Below are positions 1 through 12,679 of a stretch of DNA of 64,000 bases, in pieces. Under the pieces are notes generated by a model. That model worked only from the letters and a program-made list of their open reading frames with translations. It searched no databases and was not told where the DNA came from. This DNA comes from Eledone cirrhosa. Taxonomy: Eukaryota. Every line of letters begins with the position of its first letter. Position 1 is the first letter of the stretch. Location of the stretch: assembly GCA_964016885.1 (NCBI GenBank), contig OZ024742.1, forward strand, positions 96,162,001-96,226,000. The letters run 5' to 3'. The position numbers and the translations under genes are program-made.

Positions 1-18
1 TTATATATATATATATAT

Positions 19-50
<32 letters not shown>

Positions 51-56
51 ATATAT

Positions 57-88
<32 letters not shown>

Positions 89-94
89 ATATAT

Positions 95-127
<33 letters not shown>

Positions 128-474
128 ATATATATATATATATATTATATATATATATATATAATATATATATATATATATTATATATATATATATATTA
201 TATATATATATTATATATATATATTATATATATATTATATATATATATATATTATATATATATATATATTATATATATATTATATATATATTATATATAT
301 ATATATATTATATATATATATATATTATATATATATTATATATATATATATATTATATATATATATATATTATATATATATTATATATATATTATATATA
401 TATATTATATATATATATTATATATATATATATATTATATATATATATTATATATATATATTATATATATATAT

Positions 475-506
<32 letters not shown>

Positions 507-637
507 ATATTATATATATATATTATATATATATATATATTATATATATATATTATATATATATATATTATATATATATATTATATATATATTAGATATA
601 TTTATATATTATATATATATATTATATATATATATAT

Positions 638-669
<32 letters not shown>

Positions 670-706
670 ATATATATATGTATTATATATATATATATAT
701 ATATAT
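1..706. repeat. (TA)n microsatellite with frequent single-T interruptions
   Basis: Direct reading: TA runs broken by TT roughly every 9-25 nt. Confidence 0.97.
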
Positions 707-733
707 ATTTTATACAGAAATATATCTATATAT

Positions 734-1050
734 GGGAGGCTTAGTGGCCTTGCAATCGAAAGGTTGTGAGTTCTATTCTCAGACCGGATGATGTTTTGTT
801 TCCTTGAACAAGACACTTTATTTCACATTGCTCCAGTTTACTCAGCTGTAGAAATGAGATGATAGGGACTGGGGTCCCTATCATTCCACTGCAAAGTGGT
901 CGTGGAGGTGCCACGGCAAAAAATCACCCAGCACTCAATGTAAATGAGGTTGGTGTAGGAATGGCATCCAGCTGTAGAAATCAGGCCAGAATCAGTTCCC
1001 ATCTCACCCTTGCGAGCAGGGAAATGTGGACGTAAAATAAAATGAAATGA

Positions 1051-1052
<2 letters not shown>
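734..1052 (+). mobile_element. tRNA-derived CORE-type SINE with RTE-derived 3' tail (family A)
   Basis: tRNA-like head (GGCCTTGCAATCGAAAGGTTGTGAGTTC), CORE-like block (CCTTGAACAAGACACTTTA...CTCCAGTTTACTCAGCTGTAGAAATGAG), 3' part matching the local RTE 3' UTR, TGA-repeat tail. Similar copies at 30126, 49770 and 58793. Confidence 0.85.
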
Positions 1053-1085
<33 letters not shown>

Positions 1086-1455
1086 TATATATATATTATA
1101 TATATATATTATATATATATATATATATTATATATATATATATTATATATATATTATATATATATATTATATATATATATTATATATATATATATATTAT
1201 ATATATATTATATATATATATTATATATATATATATATTATATATATATATTATATATATATATTATATATTATATATATATATTATATATATTAATATA
1301 TATTATATATATATATTATATATATATATTAATATATATATTATATATATATATTATATATATTAATATATATTATATATATATATTATTAATATATATT
1401 AATATATATTATATATATATATTATATATATATATTATATATATATATTATATAT

Positions 1456-1487
<32 letters not shown>

Positions 1488-1657
1488 ATTATATATTATA
1501 TATTATATATATATATATTATATATTATATATATTATATATATATTATATATATATATTATATATATATTATATATATATATTATATATATATATATTAT
1601 ATATATATATATATTATATATATATATATATATTATATATATATATTATATATATAT

Positions 1658-1689
<32 letters not shown>

Positions 1690-1690
1690 A

Positions 1691-1733
<43 letters not shown>

Positions 1734-1739
1734 ATATAT

Positions 1740-1772
<33 letters not shown>

Positions 1773-1783
1773 ATATATATATA

Positions 1784-1815
<32 letters not shown>

Positions 1816-1842
1816 TTTATATATATATATATTATATATATA

Positions 1843-1885
<43 letters not shown>

Positions 1886-1998
1886 ATATATTATATATAT
1901 ATATATTATATATATATATATTATATATATATATATTATATATATATAATTATTATATATATATATTATATATATATATTATATATATATATATATAT

Positions 1999-2030
<32 letters not shown>

Positions 2031-2077
2031 ATTATATATATATATTATATATATATATTATATATATATTATATATA

Positions 2078-2115
<38 letters not shown>

Positions 2116-2226
2116 ATATATATATATTATATATATATATATATTATATATATATATATATTATATATATATATATTATATATATATATATATTATATAT
2201 ATATATATATATTAATATATATATAA

Positions 2227-2268
<42 letters not shown>

Positions 2269-2279
2269 TATATATATAT

Positions 2280-2311
<32 letters not shown>

Positions 2312-2478
2312 ATTATATATATATATTATATATATATATTATATATATATATTATATATATATATTATATATATATATTATATATATATATTATATATAT
2401 ATTATATATATATATTATATATATATATTATATATATATATTATATATATATTATATATATATTATATATATATATAT

Positions 2479-2510
<32 letters not shown>

Positions 2511-2565
2511 ATATTATATATATATATATTATATATATATATATATTATATATATATATATATAT

Positions 2566-2620
<55 letters not shown>

Positions 2621-2626
2621 ATATAT
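1053..2626. repeat. 1.6-kb interrupted (TA)n microsatellite
   Basis: Direct reading. Confidence 0.97.
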
Positions 2627-3180
2627 AATATACAATAGCAGTAAAAGAGTTTTCCATACTGTAGTGAAAGTTTCAAAAGATTTCTGACACTGATATACTT
2701 TCAACTCAGTGAAAATGAATCACTGACAATGGCTTTTCTTTGGAGTAAACAGAAAGTAGAACAGCCATACTTAACATAATCTGAACGACTTGAGGAGACC
2801 ACATCTAGTGATATGCATGCAATCAATTATCCTGTGAATAAAGAAACAAACTTTTGCTCTTCTTACAATTTCATTCACATTTGCCTCATTTTCCTCCACC
2901 TATCTCTACACTTATCTTGTTATGGAAAACCTCTTGTCTTCATTTGAAGAATGAAATAATTTATAAACTCAACTAACAATGCTGTGAGTCCTATATTTTT
3001 TATTTTGACGTACTTTGTTCTTATGAAAAAGTCATGCTTTACTATTAAGTTTGTTTTAGTTGATACTTCTAGGGATTCCATCCATAAAATAATCCTTAGG
3101 TGTCTCATGCAAAAAACAATACATTTCATTAAGCGACCATATTTCACTGACAAATAAGACAACTCACATAACATATATGT

Positions 3181-3394
3181 TAACCCTTTCATTACCATAT
3201 GTCTAGTAACTTACAAAGTATTTCAATTGATTAATGAAGAAGTTGAAGAGATTTAGTATTTGTAACTTAATTTAAAATGTTTTTCTATAGATTTATGTTG
3301 GATGGTTTTAGTTTAAATCAAAAACATTTAAAATTGGTGGTTTTGTTATATAGAACCGAAGCTAGTTCGTGCCAGGTTGGTATCAAAGGTGTTA
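3181..3394. mobile_element. Degenerate MITE-like repeat with TTAA|CCCTTT terminus (piggyBac-like)
   Basis: TTAACCCTTT start and an approximately inverted GGTATCAAAGGTGTTAG end. Related pieces near 3636, 7950-8080, 15242-15480, 21420-21634, 43380-43550 and 63490-63608. Confidence 0.4.
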
Positions 3395-4080
3395 GATATG
3401 GTGAAACAAGTGCCCTCTAATATATGAACTATATGACGATATTTTCTCATCAATAAAAAACATTAAATTTACAAAATTAAACATATTTCCAGAATAAATT
3501 ATTCACTAGAATTTGTGAAATAATACACTTCACAAATGTGTATATTTAATCAAATAAAACAAAATAATTGTCACAATACTTGTCACAGACTTGTCTCGTA
3601 TACCTTCACTGATATAACAAACTAGGTAATAGGATTAACCCTTTTGTTACTCTATTTCTAATGAGAGACACTGCCAATAGCAACTCTATTTTAAAAATAA
3701 TCTATAATTTAAATATCTAACTTACTTTTTCATTATTAAACTGCTGTTGGGAATAAAATTTAACCAAAGTTTATACATGAAATTATAATAGAATATTTTT
3801 AGATAAATATAAACACTTTAAAATAAACAGTTTTGTAAACAACATTCTACTCAAACTATTGAAGTGGTGGGTAACATGAAATTATTTCTAGAAAATGTAA
3901 GGTTGACTGCTATAAACACTCCTGCTGGCCACATTTTTCTGTCCACAAGGGTATTTTGTCTGATTACCTTGGCTATTGTTCATAGTGGTCTAGTGTTGTT
4001 AACATCTTTCCTGCATTTTGAATTCTTATATTTTCTAAAAAGAAACAGTTTTGTATCATAGAATCAGGGGTGGTTTCAGA

Positions 4081-6430
4081 TAGATTTGCATCTTCGTTGT
4101 AGGGTTGTAAGATTTTCTCCAAACTCGATTTAGTGCGAGCTTACCACCAAATTCCAGTCAGGAAGGAAGACATTCCGAAAACGGCTATTACGACTCCTTT
4201 CGGATCCTTCGTGTTTTTAACCATGCCTTTTGGACTCAGGAATGCCGCTAGCACTTTTCAGCGGTTCATAGACGAGGTCACTCGTTGTCTGGACTTCGTT
4301 TATGCATATATAGATGATCTTCTCATCGCTAGTTCCTCTCCAGAAGAGCATATGCGTGACCTGAACCTTTTATTTTGCCGACTCCAGGATTACCGCATTC
4401 GAGTAAATCCCACAAAATGTGTTTTCGGATCCGCTTCACTAAATTCTTTAGGTCACGTCATCGACGCCGAAGGTATTCGACCCCTTCCTCGGTGAGTTAA
4501 GGCTATACAGGATTTACCTCCACCTACCTCACTTCACCAGTTACGTCACTTCCTAGGCCTAATCAATTTTTATAGATGTTTCGTCCCTCAAAGTGCAAAA
4601 TTACTGTCTTCCCTTACCGAGATTTTGAAAAATTGTCATAAGAAGAATGAGGATATTTCATTGACACAAGCACAACTCGAAGATTTCCAGACTGCCAAGA
4701 CACGACTTGCTAATTCATCTTTGCTAGCCCACCCAGTACCCGAGGCCAAGCTTTCGCTTTGTGTTGATGCATCTGATACCGCCGTGGGAGCAGTTTTACA
4801 ACAGTATAACGCTAAACACCAACAACCTTTGGCATTTTTCTCCAGGAAGCTGAAACCGGCAGAAACTCGTTACAGCACGTTTGGTCGGGAGTTATTAGCT
4901 ATATATGTCGGTGAAACATGTTTCTCATATTCTTGAGGGAAGAAATTTTACGATTTTCACTGACCACAAACCTCTGACCTTTGCTTTGAGGGGTAAAGCC
5001 GATAGATATCTGCCCAGAGAAACAAGGCACCTTGATTACATTTCGCAGTTTACCAATGATATCCAGCACATTTCTGACCCACTAAACACAGCCGCAGATG
5101 TCTTATCACGTTTGCCAATCAGCTCGATTTCGTCATCCCAGGAGATAGATTTAAGTCGTTTGGCAGCAGACCAACCTGCACTCGAATCCTTGTATATTTT
5201 ATCAGCTGAATGCGCGATTTGCAACCTGAAATATCTGCTCTTGTCGACCACTGACAGGCAGATTCTCTGCGATGTGTCTACGGATTCACCACAACCTTAT
5301 GTTCCTGAGACACACCGTCGAATTGTGTTCCTTGCTTTGCACAGCATTTCTTCAGCCACAGTAAAGCTCATAACAGCTAGATTTTTCTGGCCAAATATGA
5401 GGCATGAAATTAGTGCTTGGTGCCATTGCTAAATACAGTGTCAAAAATCTAAGGTCCACAGACACATCCGGGCTCCACTAGGTACTTTTAGTACTCTCGA
5501 TGCTCGTTTTCGACACATCCACATCGATATCGTTGGACCTTGGCCAGTCAGTAGTGCATATTCTTACCTTTTGACCTGCATTGATCATTTTTCGCGATGG
5601 CCTGAAGTGATCCCCTTAAAGGACATTACCGCTGACACGATAGCGCGTGCCCTGGTATCAGGGTGGATTGCCCGCTATGGCGTGTCAACCACAATTACTA
5701 CAGACCATGGTAGGCAATTCGAATCACATCTTTTCTTGGAGTTAACAAAAATTATTACCGCTCAACGCATTCCGACCACATCTTATCATCCTGCTTCAAA
5801 CGGAATGGTGGAGCGTTTTCACCGCCAATTAAATGCCGCTCTTCATGCTTATCCAGACTCTCTACATTGGAGCGAGTACCTTCCAACTGTGTTGTTAGGA
5901 ATTCGGTCTTCAATAAAGGAGGACCTTGGGTTCTCCCCAGCTGAATTGTTGTTGGTGCTCCTATAGCGTTGCCTGGGCAAATGCTTGCCCTTGTTGATCT
6001 TGCTACTCAAGATCCCCTTTCCTATGTATCTCGTTTGCGCTCATATTTTCAGGACTTACCGCCTATGGATACCAGGAAGCAAACTATTAAAATTGCAGTC
6101 CCAAGGGATATTGCCTCGTTGAGACATGTTTTTGTCAGAGATGACACTGTTAGACCACCTCTCACACAACCGTACTCTGGACCCTACCATGTGTTAGCAC
6201 GTACTAACAAATGTTTTACTGTAGACATTAAGGGATCCAGAGAGACAATTTTGGTTGACAGACTGAAAAGGGCATACACAGACGCTCATACACCTGAGCC
6301 ACATATACCCCATCTTTCACTGTTGTACAGACACCTGCTCCTTCTGCCCCACCTTCACCTACATACAAGACCCGTTCCAGTTGAAGAGTCCACTGGCCCA
6401 AAAGATTTTGTCAAACAGTTTTTATCTGAA
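4081..6430 (+). pseudogene. pol: Ty3/Gypsy LTR retrotransposon pol remnant (RT-RNase H-integrase), no LTRs seen
   Basis: RAYHQIPV...KTAITTPFG...MPFGLRNA...YIDDLL (RT); CVDASDTAVGAVLQQ...PLAFFSRKL...TDHKPL (RNase H); IDHFSRWPE...TTDHGRQFES...YHPASNGMVERFHR and GPY (integrase). Several stops and frameshifts. Confidence 0.95.
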
Positions 6431-8979
6431 CTGGCCACTATGGAGCCTTTTGTTTGTATTGTGTATTACATGCTTTTCTTTACCTTGTTTCTTAACAGTT
6501 GAAAGTTTTCTTTAACTATGGAGTTTCTTTTTTGTATTGTTTTTTCATGTACCTTTTTCATACCTTTGCCTTTTCGAAAGGGTTAATATATATGTTAAGT
6601 CATACTCTTAAGATATGTTGTAACTCAAACTATTCCAACTAGATTCTTTTTTATTACTGCATTTGTTATATTTCAAAAATATACATTATTTAGCTTTATA
6701 TTTGGAAACCCTGAAACTGTATTCTTTACATACTTATATCCTGTTAGTAACCTTTATATTTATAGTAAAATATTATCCCCAAAACCAGATTCCCAGATAT
6801 CTTTAATTCACCATAAAGTGTGTATCCATAAGTCTCTAGCAATACTAGCATTACATTTCCTCTTTTGTTTCCAATGATTCAAAGAGTATTTAAATTACTG
6901 CAAAACAAAAATATTTCATGAAAGACATGTAACTATTTCTGGTGCAATGGTTGTGTGTTTTGTTTACAGTTATCAAAAAGGTAAGTTTACTAGTCCCATT
7001 TAATCACTCTTAATAGTGTTTAAATAACTTTATAATGTTATCACAGGAAAATGCTGACATACTGAAGGATTTATAAAGTTAGTAAAATCAGTGGCATCTT
7101 CAACACTGATTGTGTTCCATATTCATATATGAACCCGCCTAACCCATGCTAGCATGGAAAATAGACATTTAACAATGATGATGATGATGATGATATATCT
7201 TTCACAAGTAACCAACTGTGGAGAGAAACAAATACAATTGACAATATGTCAATACAATTTATCAATTTATATAGTACTGAAACGTAGAGATATAAAGAAG
7301 AAGAGAGTAGGGATAATAAGAAAAAATAAGGAGGGAAATAGTGGAGGAGAAAACCCACACACTCATTCACACATCACAATAAATGTAGCTGGAGCTTCCT
7401 TCAGATAATGTTTGAGACAAGCCCTCAGACTTGCAGCATTGCCGCAGGAGGTAGTGATGAATAAAAAAGTCTAGATGATGGTGGGAATGCATCAGGGATT
7501 GATCGACCTTTGTATTCTTTTATTTTAACGAATTATCTTTCCTCATTTTATCCTATCTCACTTCATCTCAGCTCACATATACTTTATATTTATCCTTATG
7601 TCTTTAAATATTTTTCGTACCTCTTTATATATATACATATTTATTCACTCCTCTAATACAATACCCCTTAATATAATGTATAGATTTAACATCATCATTA
7701 TAAATTCTACTTTACTTTTATCCTGTTTAGCTTACCTCTGTCTCAAACTAGGCAACAAATTAGTAGAGCCATTAGAACGTCGAATAAACTATTTTGCTAC
7801 ATTCATTCCAATCTTTCTATGTCAAATTTGGCTTACATTTTTCTGGGATCGATATAAAAGTACCAGTTTAGTGTTTGGTCAATTCTCTATATCTCTTTCT
7901 CACTTTTTCTCTCATTCTCTTTGAAAAAATTCATAATTTTGTGTAAGATCATTTGTGTACTCCAAACACCTGATTAATAATGAGAAAATTATTTACTTTT
8001 ATATAATTTTTAATTATTTTCAAAATGATTTGAAAATCATAAACAGTGTTTTTCCTTAGAAATATGATAAAAGGGTTAATTATTATTAAATGCTTCACGA
8101 AGCCCTAATACGCTAAATCTCAATTATAATTATTATTTTAAATTGTTTACAAATACTAAAAACGTTTTCCATCTTTAGATTTCTATAATCCATGATCCAT
8201 TAAATATCTTTATTCTTCTACTACTTATTTATTTATTTTACTTCCATACTTGATTAATTCTTTTATTGTAACTTTATACTTAACTAAATAGTTTCACGCA
8301 ACTTATTTTAATTTTTAATTTCCCAACTTCACCAATAATTAGTTACTTACCTTCAAACAATAACTAACATAATTACTTCATCTGTTTTCAATTCAATTCA
8401 TTACCATGCTCTCTTCTTAGTAACTTATAGTAACAGCTGCTTATTTTTGAAACTCATCTTTTTATCATATTAATTTATTTTTATTTTCATTCCAGGCAGA
8501 AGAAAAAATTAAGAAGACTGTTCAGTCACATCAGAGACACAATGACTTCCTTAGTGCTACCATTATGACAAAATGCACCCAGTACACTCTGTAAAGTGGG
8601 TAGTGTTAAGAAGATAATCCAGCTGTTGAAACCATGTGTCGGTAGGAGTACATTAGGCTCATGCAGTCTATTTTGGGCATGATTAATATAGCATGATTTC
8701 ATTCCTATTTCCAACCACCTTACAGAGTGTACTGTGTGCATGTCATCATTACACCAACATTACTATTTTACAGAGGATGCTTGCATAAAGTATATTTTTC
8801 TTTCTACAATGTATTACAACTAAATAACAAGAAAAGCATGGTTCCACAAAAATCTAAATGTATGGAAAGTTAATAATATATGAACACAATTTAAAATTAT
8901 TACAAACTAGCTAAACTTGTGGAAATTTCATGGTTCAATTAGAAAGAAAACCCACTGAATATTAAATATCAATATGGCC

Positions 8980-10058
8980 ACTATGAAAGATTACTGAATG
9001 AGGAGAATGCATAGAATGAAGACAGTCTGTCACATGTCAACCCATCAGAGGGACCAGCTGTACAAGTTAGTGGTAGTATAGTAAGTAAGGCAATCAAGAA
9101 TATGAAGTCAGGCGGGGCTGCTTGTCCCTCATGGAAAGTTGGTGAGATGCTGAAAACTTCAGGTATGGTGGGCCACACCATAGTCTCGCATTATAAACTA
9201 AGTCATACAAAGTGGTGTCATACCCAATGACTGGTGTAGCAGCAGCATCGTAAACTGCTACAAGTGCAAAGGGGTGCCCTAGATAGAGAAAACTATAGAG
9301 GCATTAAGTTGGTTGACCAGATTATGAAGGTCACTGAAAGAGTCATAGCTCAGCTGATTTGAGAATGTGTTAACATAGATGAGATGCAGTTCAGAGTTGT
9401 CCCAGGTAAAAGTACCACAGATGCCTTCTTCCGTGTAAGACAACTGCAGGAGAAGTACCTAGCTAAGAGTACTACTTGGCTTTTGTCGACCTGGAGAAAA
9501 CTTTTGACAGAGTCCCCCATTCCATTATCTGGTGGACTATTAGTAAACTAGGAGTTAATGAATGGCTTGTGAGGGCAGTGCAAGCAATGTATAGAAGAAC
9601 AGCCAGCAAGGTCAGAATTAACAATGACTAGAGCGAAGAATTTAGCATGTAGGTTGGTGTCCATCAGGGCTCTGTTCATAGCCGTCTCCTGTTTATTATC
9701 ATTCTGCAGGCAATAACGGAGGAGTGTAAGACCAGCTGCTCATGGGAACTTCTGTATGCTGATGACCTAACCCTTATGGCCGAATTTATAGATAAACTAG
9801 AGATGAAATTCCAAACCTGGAAGCAAGGCCTAGAATCTAAAAGTCGTAAAGTCAACCTGGCAAAGACTAAAGTCCTAGTAAATAGAAGGGAAAACAGGGT
9901 CCATATCTCCTCTGGGAAATGGCACTGCTCAGTCTGGAGAAGAGAAGTAGGTAGGAATTCTATTCTATGTCCCAAATGCAAGCAATGGGTACACAAGATA
10001 TGTAATGGGATCTCAGACAGGCTAACAAAGAATGTAGGTTTTACTTGTGCTCAGTGCA
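8980..10058 (+). mobile_element. RTE-clade LINE fragment (RT domain, decayed)
   Basis: Translates to NYRGIKL, AFVDLEKTFDRVP, GVHQGS, PWELLYADDL-like and KVNLAKTKVLV motifs, followed by Cys-rich C..CKQWVHKIC. Confidence 0.9.
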
Positions 10059-10059
10059 C

Positions 10060-11062
10060 ATCCAATTCATCCTTTACCCCAATCACTTCATGTTTAATTT
10101 CCTCACTTTTAACAAAAATTACAAACTTGACTCACTCCACTCCCAGCCTGCCATCACCACACATACTCACCTCACCTCCAACTCTACTATCCCATCACCT
10201 ATGATACCCTCTCCTCTCCCCACCACTGACTCTGAACATGACTTCCCTAACTACCACACCCCCGTTCACCTCCATTTTTCACTCTCTCACGTACCTCCAC
10301 AGTTGTTATCCTACCACAGTATCTACCACACTCTGAAGCTGAGTGCTCTGTCCTCGCCAGGGGTTTGTACTCCATACCTACTACATCCACCTACGATGAA
10401 TTCTGAACGCACACTGAGATTGAAGGTTTCTTCCATCGACTAAAACTCAAAGCCTTTATCCATGAAACCCCATCATCAAACCAGTCTCAGTTACCAGTAA
10501 TCACGCTGGACGCCAAATGCTGGTCAGTTCAGCACCCTTGACTCCTTTGTGGACACTTGCCAACACATTATGAATTGGTTCAGTTTCCACAAGCACTCTC
10601 ATTGCATGAACCTCACTTGGGCCGTGCTCTTCACAGCCTATGGTGACATGATGTCACTGTCATCAAATCCGCCAACCAAGGTGGCACTGTGGTGATATGG
10701 CGAGCAGATCTCTACAGGGCTGAGACCCTCTGCCAACTTCATGACACCCATTTTTATTACTCTTTATCCTCTGATCCAACCCCTGGCTACCAACATCTCA
10801 TGTTCACCATGCACCAACTTATCTCCTCCTCTCTCCTTTTCCCCAGAGTCACAAAGCTTACAGTTCGCACCACTCGCACACCCACCATCTACTTCCTTCC
10901 GAAAATATTTTCTATTCATCTATTTCTAACTTTATCTTCTGATGAAGGACTAGTGTCGAAAAGGTTAAGACTCTTCTCCTGCTATTTCAAGCATTAAACT
11001 AATATATTTCTTCCATTTGCTGTGCCATTTGTTTCGTTATTTCTGTTTACCTTATACATACA
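10060..11062 (+). mobile_element. Internally deleted Penelope-like element: N-terminal/DKG region joined to an HHR-bearing terminal repeat
   Basis: Degenerate FFHRLKLKAF, VIKSANQGGTVVIWRADLY (the IKxADKG motif) and TPTIYFLPKI, followed directly by CTGATGA...GAAA. Segment 10206-10355 is duplicated at about 13593-13745. Confidence 0.75.
10935..10970 (+). ncRNA. Minimal type I hammerhead ribozyme motif, degenerate stem III
   Basis: TCTT-CTGATGA-AG-GAC(TAGT)GTC-GAAA-AGGTT-AAGA. Confidence 0.55.
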
Positions 11063-11278
11063 GACATATATATATATATATATATATATATTGTTATACT
11101 TGGGGAGGGTCATATTTGTGTAATATTGCCAGAATTAATAACAGAACACACTCACTGTTTGGTTGGTTTTCGCTTCTCGCTTCTGTGTCTTTTATATCGG
11201 TAATCTAATATACTCGGTCCTCAATGTTGCCATTGACTGACCAGCGGTCAAAAATAATACAGATACAATATAGACACA

Positions 11279-11315
<37 letters not shown>

Positions 11316-11581
11316 AAGGAAAGGCATGTATTGAGTTAGAAAATCAAAATAGTCTCTTTACAGTAAATTAGCTCTAGGAAAAAGGTTTTTCCGAGCCATA
11401 TAGTATAACTGAACAAAAAAGAAAAACGAACACAGACATATACATATATGTGTTCAAATCGTAATGGACCAGATTCGCTAAGGTGAAAAGAATACTAACT
11501 ACAGACAATAGGGTTTGCTAGACTCAATTTAAGAATAAATCAAGAAAAATAAATACAAACCAGAATTGTGGTAACTACCAA

Positions 11582-11663
11582 TCACCCAGACAGTTTTGAT
11601 AATACTGTTTTGCAATATTATTTGTGAAGAGGAATACCAAAATCCTAGCTCATCAGCGGGTGA
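11582..11663 (-). ncRNA. Type I hammerhead ribozyme, core mutated (GAAA to AAAA)
   Basis: Reverse-complement copy of 12029-12110 with G12 changed to A. Confidence 0.7.
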
Positions 11664-12028
11664 AGAATTATTAGTATCCTGGTCACTTCTAAATATAATA
11701 AAAAACTGGATAGTGTGCGTTTATGTAACAGACATGTTTCCAGAACATAGCATGTCTTGCAGAATCACGCCACTAAAAATAGCAGCCGGGTTTACTCGCC
11801 ATTTGAAGTAGCTCGACGAATTAACGGAGCCGAATATATCAAAAGCATGCATTGCGTTAGAAACTCAAAATAGTCTCATTACAGTAAATTAGTCGAGTAA
11901 ACCCGGCTGCTATTTTTAGTGGCGTGATTCTGCAAGACATGCTATGTTCTGGAACCATGTCTGTTACATAAACGCACACTATCCAGTTTTTTATTATATT
12001 TAGAAGTGACCAGGATACTAATAATTCT

Positions 12029-12110
12029 TCACCCGCTGATGAGCTAGGATTTTGGTATTCCTCTTCACAAATAATATTGTGAAACAGTATTATCAAAACT
12101 GTCCGGGTGA
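12029..12110 (+). ncRNA. Type I hammerhead ribozyme (GUC cleavage site)
   Basis: Stem I TCACCCG/CGGGTGA (7 bp); CTGATGA 12036-12042; stem II base GC/GT with an internal AGGA/TCCT hairpin; GAAA 12081-12084; stem III ACAGT/ACTGT; C17 at 12103. Confidence 0.88.
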
Positions 12111-12397
12111 TTGGTAGTTACCACAATTCTGGTTTGTATTTATTTTTCTTGATTTATTCTTAAATTGAGTCTAGCAAACCCTATTGTCTGTAGTTAGTAT
12201 TCTTTTCACCTTAGCGAATCTGCTCCATTACGATTTGAGCACATATATGTATATATCTGTGTTCGTTTTTCTTTTTTGTTCAGTTATACTATATGGCTCG
12301 GAAAAACCTCTTTCCTAGAGCTATTTTACTGTAAAGAGACTATTTTGAGTTTCTAAATCAATACATGCCTTTCCTTTGATATATATATATATATATA

Positions 12398-12679
12398 TGT
12401 ATGTATAAGGTAAACAGAAATAATGAAACAAATGGCACAGCAAATGGAAGAAATATATTAGTTTAATGCTTGAAATAGCAGGAGAAGAGTCTTAACCTTT
12501 TCGACACTAGTCCTTCATCAGAAGATAAAGTTATAGATGAATAGAAAGTATTTTCGGAAGGAAGTAGATGGGTGTGCGAGTGGTGCAAACTATAATGTTT
12601 GTGACTCCGGGGAAAAGGAGAGAGGGGGAGATAAGTTGGTGCATGATGAACATGAGATGTTGGTAGCCAGGGATTGGAT
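12398..12679 (-). repeat. Inverted copy of 10775-11060 (PLE 3' segment)
   Basis: Reverse-complement match. ORFs 10689+ and 12463- share the TLSSDEGLVSKRLRLFSCYFKH end. Confidence 0.9.
12490..12525 (-). ncRNA. Minimal type I hammerhead motif (copy of 10935-10970)
   Basis: Reverse complement of the 10935 motif. Confidence 0.55.

Larger units (their letters stand above)
11311..12381. mobile_element. Fold-back retrozyme-like element: inverted arms 11311-11798 and 11894-12381 of a ~526-bp HHR-containing unit, flanked by (TA)n
   Basis: Arms are near-perfect reverse complements, also visible as twin ORFs 11596+ and 11857-. Segment 11837-11892 restarts the unit, giving a period of about 526 bp. Confidence 0.85.

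Noticed and set aside
3067-3146. Minus-strand exon-like segment EIWSLNEMYCFLHETPKDYFMDGIPR
   Set aside because: Weak donor, phase does not fit the next candidate acceptor near 2831, and no recognisable homology.
9759-9766. CTGATGA motif
   Set aside because: It is the YADD codons of the RTE reverse transcriptase.
11091-11275. Possible solo-LTR fragment between TA runs
   Set aside because: Starts with TGTT but no matching end, TSD, PBS or second copy is visible.
11596-12096. Twin 71/79-aa ORFs on opposite strands
   Set aside because: By-product of the inverted repeat; antisense to the hammerhead; non-ATG starts and no recognisable domain.
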